IMG/VR virus record: IMGVR_UViG_2974684452_000001
Span: 1,828 to 65,827 of that record
Length of the DNA: 64,000 nucleotides
Strand: one strand, 5' to 3'
Source of the DNA: a virus
Positions 33,484 through 42,093 of this stretch are shown piece by piece (the stretch's first letter is position 1; each line of letters opens with the position of its first letter). A program made the position numbers and the translations under genes. The notes beneath the pieces were generated by a model, which saw only the letters and a program-made list of their open reading frames with translations, had not been told where the DNA came from and did not search any database.

Positions 33484-34106
33484 CGTCGCCAGAGTCCCTG
33501 GTCAATAGCGACCACTTCTACATCGACCCTGACGGGGCGATCTGCCCTCAGCCGTGGATGCAGTGGCGGCAGGTGCGCGGCATCGAAGCGTCCTCGAAGA
33601 CGGCCAGCTACGCCGTCACCGGCGGCATCAACAAGAACGACCTGCTGCACAGCCTCCGCCTGCCGTGGACGAATATGTCGCCAGTGGCCCAGTGGGTCTA
33701 TGGCCTGATCACGCGCGGCGGCGCTCGGGTGACGCTGCAGGCGCGGTCGCGCGGGTACATCGAGGTCAGCAGCGGCTACGCGAAGTCGATCGTGGACGCC
33801 GGGCCGCTCACGGTCGCCAGTCGCTTCGGCGTCGGCGGCGACCTCGGGCGCAGCGGCACACTGGCGATCGGCACGCAGTTCGGCGTGATCGAGGAGCGGA
33901 TGCAGAGCGTGACGTTCCCGCTCGCGCCGGAGCGCGCGGGCTGGCTGCGGCTGGCACCGGGGGAGACGATCACCGCCCAGGTCGAGGTCCGGTTCAAGAC
34001 CGAGCAGTACGAGACCAACACCATCGACGGCGGCAGTAACGGCAGCGAATCGAGCTACGTCAGCGGCGCGACGCGCCTCGATCTGTTCGCGGTGCCGGTA
34101 ATCTGA
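33480..34106 (+). CDS. Minor tail protein (paralogue 3 of 3)
   Basis: ATGA overlap with the upstream stop. Confidence 0.6.
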   Translation: MTSPESLVNSDHFYIDPDGAICPQPWMQWRQVRGIEASSKTASYAVTGGINKNDLLHSLRLPWTNMSPVAQWVYGLITRGGARVTLQARSRGYIEVSSGYAKSIVDAGPLTVASRFGVGGDLGRSGTLAIGTQFGVIEERMQSVTFPLAPERAGWLRLAPGETITAQVEVRFKTEQYETNTIDGGSNGSESSYVSGATRLDLFAVPVI

Positions 34107-34129
34107 GGCCATGCCTCGGAGTTTGACCT

Positions 34130-34498
34130 ATGGCCTTTGAGCCGCCTGCCGGGTACGTCGACTGCGAAAACGATGGCGACGCTGCGCCACCGAACGACGG
34201 CCCGTTCCGCGAGATCGACGTGCCGGGCGTCGGCATCATCCACGCCCGCCGCCCGCTGCCCAACGCGATCCCGGCGCTGAGCAGCGCGGCCAACTCGAAG
34301 GTGAGCGACCGGGCGCGCCTGGACTACCTCGACCTGTTCATCCTCAACCACCTCAAGCCGGGTGAGTTCGAGGAGATTCTGGCGCGGATGACCGACCCCG
34401 ATCTGGACATGCCGCCGGACTCGATGCTGCGCGTCAGCCGGGCGATCGCGACGGCGGGTACCGCCCGCCCTACACGGCGGTCATCAACCTCGCATTGA
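34130..34498 (+). CDS. Tail-assembly-chaperone paralogue (G-type)
   Basis: 17/56 ungapped identities with the 17950 gene product; ends ARPTRRSSTSH. Confidence 0.65.
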   Translation: MAFEPPAGYVDCENDGDAAPPNDGPFREIDVPGVGIIHARRPLPNAIPALSSAANSKVSDRARLDYLDLFILNHLKPGEFEEILARMTDPDLDMPPDSMLRVSRAIATAGTARPTRRSSTSH

Positions 34499-34815
34499 TG
34501 GCCGCGCACAACTGGCGAGGGCTGCGACTACGCCTGGCCGACAAGGGCTTCGCGAACCCGATGATGATGCCGTCGATGCACGCCGTGCTCGACGTGATCG
34601 AGCAGATGGGCCTCGAATCGGCGGTCCACGGTGCCAAGAAGGAGATCGAGGCCAAGAGCCGGATCGGCGCGTTCTACGACAAGCTGTACGCGCCCGACCC
34701 GACGGCCACGGTGATCAACGGCGACGGGTACCAGCCCGTCCCTGCCGGATTCGGCGACGACGAGGTGGAAGCCTCGTTCGACGCCTTCATGTCGGCGGTC
34801 AACGCCGGAGCCTGA
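34471..34815 (+). CDS. -1 frame extension (T-type) of the 34130 gene; listed ORF starts at 34495
   Basis: The -1 frame is open and GC3-rich from 34471 (YTAVINLALMAAHNW); there is no clear RBS before the ATG at 34498. Confidence 0.6.
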   Translation, partial: YTAVINLALMAAHNWRGLRLRLADKGFANPMMMPSMHAVLDVIEQMGLESAVHGAKKEIEAKSRIGAFYDKLYAPDPTATVINGDGYQPVPAGFGDDEVEASFDAFMSAVNAGA

Positions 34816-34837
34816 TTCACCAGCTACCCTGACCGGT

Positions 34838-35251
34838 ATGGCTATCGGCAACGTCATGATCGACACGTCGCGGCCCGTCGGCTCCAAGCTCGATGACGAG
34901 ATGCAGGAGGAGGTGCGGGCACTCGCGCCCGGCATCCCGCCTGACGGCACGATCACCGAGGAAAAGCTGCACGACGGCGCGGCGACGAAGGACAAGATCG
35001 CGCCAGGGGCAGTGGACAAGACGCGCATCGCTCAGGGCGGCGTCGGCGCGGCGAACTACGAGGCCAAGTCGGTCGGCACCAGCGCGCTGGCCGACAACGC
35101 GGTCACCGCCGACCAGGCTGGGACGGGGGTTGTGACGGCCCACGACACCGCCGGTAACAAGATCACGCTCGACATCGTGCCGATCAGCACCGCCGCCTAT
35201 CAGCAGCTGGGCGCGAACGTGAACCCGAACGTCGCCTACTGGCTGTACTGA
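34838..35251 (+). CDS. Repeat-containing tail fibre-like protein
   Basis: Roughly 10-residue repeats (DGTITEEKLH, DGAATKDKIA, PGAVDKTRIA, DNAVTADQ). Confidence 0.6.
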   Translation: MAIGNVMIDTSRPVGSKLDDEMQEEVRALAPGIPPDGTITEEKLHDGAATKDKIAPGAVDKTRIAQGGVGAANYEAKSVGTSALADNAVTADQAGTGVVTAHDTAGNKITLDIVPISTAAYQQLGANVNPNVAYWLY

Positions 35252-36378
35252 TGCCTCAGCTGATCCTCCCCGGCGGCAAGCCGGTCACCGCCATCAAGGT
35301 CGGCACGACCGACTTCAAGCAGATTCGCATCGGCTCGACCCTCTACTGGTCGAAGGCGATGATCAGCGATGGGTTCGACCCCGACGGCCCGCTGCAGCGG
35401 TGGATCAACGAGCTTCGCAGCGGCGACCTCGGTGCGCTCTGCACCGACGTGACCGGCGTGCTGACGGACGGCCTGGGCAACGTGGTCGGCAGCACCGTAG
35501 CGTTTGTCGAGGGTGGTCTAAACGGCAGCGGCAAGCTGGTCGCCCAGACCGGGCAGAACCTCGCCGACGCCTACTGCGGGCTGTGGGGCGGCACCGCCGC
35601 GCCGGACGGCCTGATCGGTCTGGTCAACGGCATCCCGATCATCGGCGGGTTCCTCGCCGACTGGCTGCGGGGCGACATCGACATCGAGTCGATCATCGGC
35701 CAGATTCCCATCGTCGGCGAGATCGGTCGCCTGATCGGCCTGTTCCCCGACGTCGAGGGCAATATCCTCGATCCGCTCAACTTCGTGGTCGACGCCTTCG
35801 GCAACGTCATCGGCACGATCACCTGCGGCGAGTTCAAGCCGACCGGCGGCATCTTCGAGGGCATCTGCTTCCTGATCGGCGTCGTCGGCAACGCGGCGAA
35901 GATGATGATCCCCGACGGCCTGATGAGCCTCAACAAGCAGGTCAGCCGGATGCGTCACCCCGACCTGCTGCCGGGCGACGACGGCCACCTCGAAGTCCAG
36001 ATTGCCGAGGTCGGCTCGCCGAACTACGTCACTCAGGTCTACCGGCGCTACGCCAACGACAACAGCGGGGCGCGCGGCGTCGGCATGGACTTCCGCAACA
36101 GCCAGGTCTCGATCGTGCGCCGGGTCGCCGGAGCCGAGGTGCTGGTCAAGCCGAACCTGACCAGCTTCGGCCCGAGCGACACCTGCCGCCTGATCCAGAC
36201 CGGCAACCTGCACACCCTGGTCAAGAACGGCGATCCGGTCGGCGAGTGGAACGACGCGGCGGCGACGGCGGCGAAGGGCAGCGCCAACCGCAGCGTCGCC
36301 ATGTGGATGCAGGGCGCGAAGGAACTGACCGGCAGCCGCCTGTTCAGCCCGTCGCTCAACTACCTGGAAGCGGCCTAG
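35251..36378 (+). CDS. Minor tail / structural protein
   Basis: Amphipathic IPIIGG repeats, then a beta-rich C-terminal domain. Confidence 0.6.
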   Translation: MPQLILPGGKPVTAIKVGTTDFKQIRIGSTLYWSKAMISDGFDPDGPLQRWINELRSGDLGALCTDVTGVLTDGLGNVVGSTVAFVEGGLNGSGKLVAQTGQNLADAYCGLWGGTAAPDGLIGLVNGIPIIGGFLADWLRGDIDIESIIGQIPIVGEIGRLIGLFPDVEGNILDPLNFVVDAFGNVIGTITCGEFKPTGGIFEGICFLIGVVGNAAKMMIPDGLMSLNKQVSRMRHPDLLPGDDGHLEVQIAEVGSPNYVTQVYRRYANDNSGARGVGMDFRNSQVSIVRRVAGAEVLVKPNLTSFGPSDTCRLIQTGNLHTLVKNGDPVGEWNDAAATAAKGSANRSVAMWMQGAKELTGSRLFSPSLNYLEAA

Positions 36379-36614
36379 CGGCGTCGTTCGCGTGTCTCGC
36401 GCCAACGCTCGCGGGTGATCCGCTCTGCGGTGGCCGGTTGTGCCACCGGGGCATCCTGGCGCGCACGGAGCGCAGCCAGGGCGATCTGATCCCGGTAGAG
36501 CGCCACGCCGATCATGCAGCCGCCGACGAGCGCGACCACCCAGGTGTTCGGCGCGGTGCTGATCACCCCGGCGATGAGCGTCAGGATGCCCGCGAACAGG
36601 AGCCGGACGTTCAT
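36375..36614 (-). CDS. Small membrane protein
   Basis: Two hydrophobic helices and a basic tail. Confidence 0.6.
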   Translation of the reverse strand: MNVRLLFAGILTLIAGVISTAPNTWVVALVGGCMIGVALYRDQIALAALRARQDAPVAQPATAERITRERWRETRERRR

Positions 36615-36718
36615 CGCGGCCTGCTCTTGGAGTCGCCGGGCGTGGCGCTGTAGACCACGATCGTCTTGTCGGGGTGCCTGAGCAGCGCGGCCAGCAGCTG
36701 CAGCTGATACGGGGTCAC
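36611..36718 (-). CDS. Small hypothetical protein (MTPYQLQLL...)
   Basis: GTGA and ATGA overlaps at the two ends. Confidence 0.4.
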   Translation of the reverse strand: MTPYQLQLLAALLRHPDKTIVVYSATPGDSKSRPR

Positions 36719-36927
36719 TGCTGGTGCCTGCTGCCGTGGAAGCCGCGACCGGGGCGCTCGGCGTGCCAGGCGTCGATCGTCTCCGGCTTCCAGCCCTTGT
36801 GCGTGCCCACCTCGACGTCGTGCGGGGGCAGTTCCTGCAGGCTGACCGAGCGGCGCGACTTCACGCCGATCCGCTTGGCGACCTCGGAGTGGCTGAGGTA
36901 CCGGGGCACCTTGCGTGTGGCGGGCAT
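36715..36927 (-). CDS. HTH DNA-binding protein (MerR/excisionase-like)
   Basis: RYLSHSEVAKRIGV and GWKPETIDAW motifs; GGAGG RBS. Confidence 0.7.
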   Translation of the reverse strand: MPATRKVPRYLSHSEVAKRIGVKSRRSVSLQELPPHDVEVGTHKGWKPETIDAWHAERPGRGFHGSRHQQ

Positions 36928-37310
36928 CAGCTGGCCTCCCGTTCGAGTTCCCCGACAACGGTCAGGGTAATCGACACCGGTGCATCGCTGGCCGAGCCGA
37001 GCACCAGCGCCCGGTAGGCGATGTTGCGCTCCCACTCCGCCTCCGCCTCGCGCCGGACCTCGAACTCCGCGCCGCCGCGCTCGCGGGCGTGCTCGATCAA
37101 CGAGTCCACGGCGTTGTCGAAGTGGTCGACCAGCGTGGTCACCTTGTCGAGGAAGCCGGGAGGGCAGGCGTCGCGGCCCTGCTCGATGCGCTGGTAGTCG
37201 CGGCGGTCGGTGCCCAGCCGCCGGGCCATGCCGCGCTGGCTCAGGCCCATGTAGGCCCGGTGAGCGGCGATCGCTTCACCGAGGCCGGTGGTGTAGGTCT
37301 CGGGGTTCAT
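36927..37310 (-). CDS. XRE-family HTH DNA-binding protein
   Basis: IAAHRAYMGLSQRGMARRLGTDRRDYQRIEQG. Confidence 0.8.
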   Translation of the reverse strand: MNPETYTTGLGEAIAAHRAYMGLSQRGMARRLGTDRRDYQRIEQGRDACPPGFLDKVTTLVDHFDNAVDSLIEHARERGGAEFEVRREAEAEWERNIAYRALVLGSASDAPVSITLTVVGELEREAS

Positions 37311-37338
37311 GTCGTCATCCTGTTCGTAGAGTTGGATC

Positions 37339-37370
37339 GACCCCCGACCTGCGTGAACAGGTCGGGGGTC
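37339..37370. terminator. 13-bp perfect hairpin between leftward genes
   Basis: GACCCCCGACCTG-CGTGAA-CAGGTCGGGGGTC; no clear U-tract. Confidence 0.5.
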
Positions 37371-37395
37371 TCCGTGATCGCTGAGGCTGCGGTGG

Positions 37396-38187
37396 TCACC
37401 ACCCCAGCTTCTTGCGGCAGTCCGGCCCGATGCCGTATGCCCGACTGTCGTCGTTGGTGAGGGTGCGGCTGCAGACGCCGCAGGTGCCGATCTCCTGGCC
37501 GTAGCGGGCCGACGCGGCGGCAGCACCGGCGGCGGCGATCTTGCGGAGCACCGCCTGCTGCGTCTTGATCGGCAGCCGCTGCTCGTCGTCGCTGACCATC
37601 AGCTTGACGAAGGTGTACCCGGCCCAGCGACCCTCGGTGGGGCGGTCGACCTTGTAGAAGGCCAGGCCGTTGGTCGCGCCGTCCTCGGTCTCGACCGCGT
37701 AGCGCCCGGCGGGCACGACGTCGGCGCTGACCCAGCCGTTGGTGTCGGCGACCGGCGCGGCGGCGGGGGCGGAGGCCTTTTTGCCCAGCTTGGAGAGCAC
37801 GTCGATCAGCGCCGACGCGCCCGCCTTGGTGAGCGGCTTGCTGTCCATCGGGTCGCGCTCGTCGGCCACGGCGGCGTCGAAGTTGTACTGCATCAGCTGG
37901 TGGAAGGTGGTGAAGCGGTCGGTGTCGTCATCGAGCACGATGTCGATGTGGTCGGCGACCTTGCGCCCCTCGTCGGTGCCGGAGGTGACCTCGGCGGCGA
38001 TGCGCAGCGTGATCGCGATCGAGGCGATGCGACGCACCCAGCTGGCGGCGAGACCGGTGTTGGCCCACTCGCGCTCGGTGACCAGGCTGTCGATGAAGCC
38101 CAGCTGCGGGTCGGTCGCAAGGCTGTCGGTCGCGGCGAAGGTGCTGCGTGCGATCGGGGCGATGTTCGCGAAGTTCGGGGTACCCAT
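37396..38187 (-). CDS. Hypothetical protein with C-terminal DUF6011-like zinc-ribbon
   Basis: CGVCSRTLTNDDSRAYGIGPDC. Confidence 0.7.
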   Translation of the reverse strand: MGTPNFANIAPIARSTFAATDSLATDPQLGFIDSLVTEREWANTGLAASWVRRIASIAITLRIAAEVTSGTDEGRKVADHIDIVLDDDTDRFTTFHQLMQYNFDAAVADERDPMDSKPLTKAGASALIDVLSKLGKKASAPAAAPVADTNGWVSADVVPAGRYAVETEDGATNGLAFYKVDRPTEGRWAGYTFVKLMVSDDEQRLPIKTQQAVLRKIAAAGAAAASARYGQEIGTCGVCSRTLTNDDSRAYGIGPDCRKKLGW

Positions 38188-38229
38188 TTCGTCCTCTCCC
38201 GGCGGGTCGTTCCCGCCTCAACACGACCA

Positions 38230-38258
38230 AAGTTACCCGACGACGGCGTGAAAGTCTA
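38230..38258 (-). promoter_or_regulatory. SigA-like promoter TAGACT-17-TAACTT
   Basis: Read directly; nearly identical copy at 62864-62892. Confidence 0.7.
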
Positions 38259-38290
38259 GCCCGCGCACCCCACGCTGATAACCTGTGCTG

Positions 38291-39814
38291 GTGGCACTGG
38301 GAATGCGGTTGGAGAACGGGTGGCCGGAGTGCGACCTGTCCGACACTGAGCGGCTGACGATTCCCGGCACGCCCTTGTCTCTGCCGATCCGCAAGGGCCA
38401 GCCCCACGCGATCCTGCAGGCCTTCTTCCGCGACGTCAACGAGTTCATCGAACCGGCCAACAACGCTCGCGGCTACACCGACGAGGGCAGCTGGACCGAG
38501 AACAACAGCGTCTACACCTCGAACCACAAGGGTGCGACCGCCGTCGACTGGAACTGGTCGGATCACCCGGTCGAGGTCAAGGACGGCGGCTGGAACGGCT
38601 CGGTGCTGATCAACGGGTCACAGGTACCCGAGATGCGCCGCCTGCTGGCCTTCTACGAGGGCATGGTCTATTGGGGCAACGACTGGACCTCGTTCATTGA
38701 CTCGATGCACTTCCAGATGGGCTACGACACCTGCTGCGGCGGTGACGCTGCCAAGCGCGTCGACAGCTTCATCCAGCGCAAGATTCGCGCTGACGGCTTC
38801 TCGACCTACCGGCGCGGCGGCGTGCCTCGCGGCGGGGGCACTGCTCAGGCTCCGGCGGCTCCGGCCAACCCGATCCCGCCGACGTCGGGCCTGACCGGCG
38901 AGGTGCTGTGGCGCATCGCCGGTCGCCCCGATCGCGTCACGGTGGCCCGGTATGCGGCGCTGCTGCCTCGGCTGATCGAGTGCCTGCACGCCTGCGAGTG
39001 CAACACCATCGACCGGCGGGCGATGTGGTTCGCGCAGGTGTTCCATGAGTCGGGCGGTCTGTTCTACACCGAGGAGATCGCCAGCGGCGACGCCTACGAC
39101 ACCCGCACCGATCTGGGCAACACCCCGCAGGTCGACGGTGACGGGCGGCTCTACAAGGGACGCTCGTTTATCCAGGTCACAGGCAAAAATAACTACGCGG
39201 CCATGAGCGGCTGGGCTTTTGAGCACGGCTACGTGCCGACCCGCGACTTCTTCGTGGTGCACCCTGACCGGCTCGATGACGACGAGTACGCCTTCCTCGG
39301 GGTGACCTGGTACTGGACCACGCAGCGCCCCATGAACACCTACGGCGACGCGCGCAACATCGAAATGGGCAGTCGCGCTGTCAACGGGACCAACCCGAAG
39401 ACCGGGCGCGCCAACGGCATCGAAGACCGCATCGCCATCTACAACCGGGCGCTGGCTGAGAACGCCAACCTGCTCGACCCGGCCAACGTCGCCCCGCTCG
39501 ATCCTTGGGAGGAACTGATGACCCTGAAAGTGCCGTCGCTGTCGATCTACGCGGACCCCGACGAGCCGGACGTTCCAATCCCGGTGATGATCGCGGCGCA
39601 GGACGCCCACGGCCCGCATGAGCCGTATGTCGAGAAGCAGGCGAAGCTCTACGGCGACGCCGACTCGATCTTCCGCATCGTGCGCACCGCCGCCGGTGGC
39701 GGTCGCGTCAAGACTCCGGCAGCGATCAAGCAGGCCAACGACGTCCTTGACGAGATCAAGGCCAACCACCCCGAGTTCATCGTCGCCGCACTCCGAGAGG
39801 CCCAGAAGAAATGA
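38291..39814 (+). CDS. lysA: Lysin A (M15-like peptidase + GH19 glycoside hydrolase + C-terminal domain)
   Basis: SNHKGATAVD...DSMHFQ peptidase motifs; FAQVFHESG and YKGRSFIQVTGKNNY GH19 motifs; GTG start 6 nt after TAACCT. Confidence 0.92.
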   Translation: MALGMRLENGWPECDLSDTERLTIPGTPLSLPIRKGQPHAILQAFFRDVNEFIEPANNARGYTDEGSWTENNSVYTSNHKGATAVDWNWSDHPVEVKDGGWNGSVLINGSQVPEMRRLLAFYEGMVYWGNDWTSFIDSMHFQMGYDTCCGGDAAKRVDSFIQRKIRADGFSTYRRGGVPRGGGTAQAPAAPANPIPPTSGLTGEVLWRIAGRPDRVTVARYAALLPRLIECLHACECNTIDRRAMWFAQVFHESGGLFYTEEIASGDAYDTRTDLGNTPQVDGDGRLYKGRSFIQVTGKNNYAAMSGWAFEHGYVPTRDFFVVHPDRLDDDEYAFLGVTWYWTTQRPMNTYGDARNIEMGSRAVNGTNPKTGRANGIEDRIAIYNRALAENANLLDPANVAPLDPWEELMTLKVPSLSIYADPDEPDVPIPVMIAAQDAHGPHEPYVEKQAKLYGDADSIFRIVRTAAGGGRVKTPAAIKQANDVLDEIKANHPEFIVAALREAQKK

Positions 39815-40308
39815 CGACCAGCCCGATCTACACCGCCACTGCCGGACCCGCCGACCCGAAGGCTCCGCTCGCGCAGAAGTTCTACGCCGCCGTCACCGCC
39901 GTGGCCGGTCTCGTCGGCCTGGCGTCGGCGCTGGGCATGATCACCGGCGAGCAGGCTGCCAGCCTGGGCCAGGTGTCCACGACCGGCACGGCTTTCGTCG
40001 CCGCCGTCGGCACGGCGGTCGCCGCCTTCCGCACCAAGAAGCAGATCAACAACGGCACCTTCGACCCCGCGCCTGACCCGGTGATCGTGACCGCACCGCC
40101 GCCCATCAGCCTCGAAAACGTGGCCGAGGTGCGCAATCAGCTGGACACCGTGATCAACGACGCCGCGCAGAAGGCGCAGGGCAACATCGTCTCGGCGATC
40201 GACGCGCTCGGCGGGCTGACGGCGTTCATCCCCGGCGGCAAGCCTGCCAGCGAAGGCCTGGGCAGCGCGGTCGATCTGTTCCAGGCTCTGAGCGCGCTCC
40301 GCAAGTGA
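39811..40308 (+). CDS. Holin (putative)
   Basis: Two hydrophobic helices; lies between lysA and lysB. Confidence 0.65.
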   Translation: MTTSPIYTATAGPADPKAPLAQKFYAAVTAVAGLVGLASALGMITGEQAASLGQVSTTGTAFVAAVGTAVAAFRTKKQINNGTFDPAPDPVIVTAPPPISLENVAEVRNQLDTVINDAAQKAQGNIVSAIDALGGLTAFIPGGKPASEGLGSAVDLFQALSALRK

Positions 40309-41327
40309 CGCTCGCACTCGGCTCGTCAGGGCTGATGCCCGCCGCCTGGGCGGCGATGATGCGGCTGCGGTTCGGCGGGTACGCCCTCAACCGCAACGGC
40401 TCGCCGCTGGGCATCGACGGGTACTTCGGTTACGACGAGGAGGCCGTGCAGGTCGAGTACCAGCGCCGCACCGGTCAGACCCCGACCGGCGTCGTCAGCG
40501 ATCACGACCTGCACATGCTGGGCCTGCTCGTCACGCTGATCACCACGCACGGCTCCGGCCAGCCTGACCCGTTCGGGATCGGCTACCCCGCCGACATCGC
40601 GCGCCGCCTGCTGCACCTGTACTGGTGGCAGCCGACCGGCAACTACCCGGCGACGGCGGTGCCGATGAACAAGTCCGCTGAGCAGGGCTACCGCGAGATT
40701 CTGCGGTTCCTCGGGCTGCCCGACATCGTGCCGGGAGACGTGGCGATGGTGGACTACTCGCAGGGGTCGATCTGCGGTGGCCGGGCGCGCAACGACATTC
40801 GCGCCGGGAAGATCGTGCGGCCCAGCGGCGCTGCGCCGGTGCGGCTGGTCGGCGGCGTCACCTTCGGCAACCCGATGCGCCCCTCCGGCGCGTTCGCGGG
40901 CAACGTGGACCCTGGTGGCAGCGGCCTTGACCCGGTGCATGAGACGGCCAGCGAGCCTGGCATGTTGCACCTGGCCGCGCCGGGCGACATCTACACCGAC
41001 TGGACCGACGACGGCTCGAAGGAGATGGCGCGGGCGATCTTCAACATGGTCTTCTCGCGGTTCACCGGGCGCGACTCGATCTTGGAGCAGATCGGCGAGT
41101 TGCTGGTGCCGACCCCAAACCTGTGGGAGGCCATCAACGCCGGGCGCGCGATCCTGCGCGGCGGCATGTTCGTCGCCAAGGGCACCGGCCCGCACGTCAG
41201 CTATCACAAGACGCAGTGCCCCGGCACTGGTCAGACGTACTACGAGCACGGCGTGACGCACCTCGAACGGCTCGCCACGACCCGTCTCGAAGGCATCGTG
41301 TCGCGAGGCGAGGCCTTGGCGGCGTAA
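40305..41327 (+). CDS. lysB: Lysin B (PG-binding + cutinase-like esterase)
   Basis: IDGYFGYDEEAV PG-binding-like segment; DYSQG nucleophile elbow; TFGNPMR; GPHVSY. Confidence 0.88.
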   Translation: MTLALGSSGLMPAAWAAMMRLRFGGYALNRNGSPLGIDGYFGYDEEAVQVEYQRRTGQTPTGVVSDHDLHMLGLLVTLITTHGSGQPDPFGIGYPADIARRLLHLYWWQPTGNYPATAVPMNKSAEQGYREILRFLGLPDIVPGDVAMVDYSQGSICGGRARNDIRAGKIVRPSGAAPVRLVGGVTFGNPMRPSGAFAGNVDPGGSGLDPVHETASEPGMLHLAAPGDIYTDWTDDGSKEMARAIFNMVFSRFTGRDSILEQIGELLVPTPNLWEAINAGRAILRGGMFVAKGTGPHVSYHKTQCPGTGQTYYEHGVTHLERLATTRLEGIVSRGEALAA

Positions 41328-41376
41328 TCTGGGCGGCGCGGTGGACCTATCGCGTGGTTGTGGTGGGAAACGCAAA

Positions 41377-41415
41377 GGAGCCGGTACCTCGCGGGGGAGG
41401 TACCGGCTCCGTTTT
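41377..41415. terminator. Bidirectional intrinsic terminator between convergent arms
   Basis: AAA-GGAGCCGGTACCTC-GCGGGG-GAGGTACCGGCTCC-GTTTT; 14-bp perfect stem. Confidence 0.8.
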
Positions 41416-41433
41416 GCTCAGCCGCGCTGGCGG

Positions 41434-42036
41434 TTACCCGGCCTGAGCGGCGGCGCGCCACTCGTTGTAGATGGCCTGGTCCTCCTCGGTGGCGGGCACC
41501 AGCATGACCGGCGCATCCTGGTTGGGGCGGCGCTCGCCCTTCACGATGCGCCCGAGCACCCAGCTGATGTCGCGGTCGAGCATCCGCTTGCCCTCACGGA
41601 CCAGCGGCCCGTTGAAGAACATCAGGTCATCGAGGCGATCGCCGACCTCGAACGGCTCGCACGCCTCGTACTCGCCGAACTTGTTGGTGAAGCCGAACTC
41701 CTCGGGCAGCGTGAGCGGGATGAGGTCGACCTTGACGAACTCCTGCAGCGGCTTCTCGACGGTCGAGTAGGCCGTCTTCATCGAGCCGTGCTCGGTCGTG
41801 TGCATCAGCACCAGCTGGTTGAGGAAGTGCAGCGGCTTGTACCCCGCGACGCCAGCCGGGGCGGCGGGCGCGTCGAACGGCGAGGCACCCTTCTTGGCGA
41901 TGGGCTTGTCACCGCCCATCGGGGTCGCGTCGGGCAGCGACGCAGCGTCAGCCTTGGCGCGAGCCGCCGGAGCGGTGGCCTTGGCGGCGGGGGCGGTGGC
42001 AGTCTTGCTGCCCTTGTCGAACGGTGAACCGGCCAC
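41434..42036 (-). CDS. Hypothetical protein (possible ssDNA-binding/recombination protein)
   Basis: Downstream of the exonuclease; GAAAGG RBS; function is inferred from context only. Confidence 0.6.
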   Translation of the reverse strand: MAGSPFDKGSKTATAPAAKATAPAARAKADAASLPDATPMGGDKPIAKKGASPFDAPAAPAGVAGYKPLHFLNQLVLMHTTEHGSMKTAYSTVEKPLQEFVKVDLIPLTLPEEFGFTNKFGEYEACEPFEVGDRLDDLMFFNGPLVREGKRMLDRDISWVLGRIVKGERRPNQDAPVMLVPATEEDQAIYNEWRAAAQAG

Positions 42037-42093
42037 GGTGAGTGGTCCTTTCGGGTTGGCGCTGGAACTGAGTCTGGCGCTGGATGGGTGGGA

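Noticed and set aside
34099-34140. TAATCT followed by a 9-codon leaderless uORF overlapping the 34130 start
   Set aside because: Too short to support; the 34130 gene has its own GGAG SD and the pattern could be chance.
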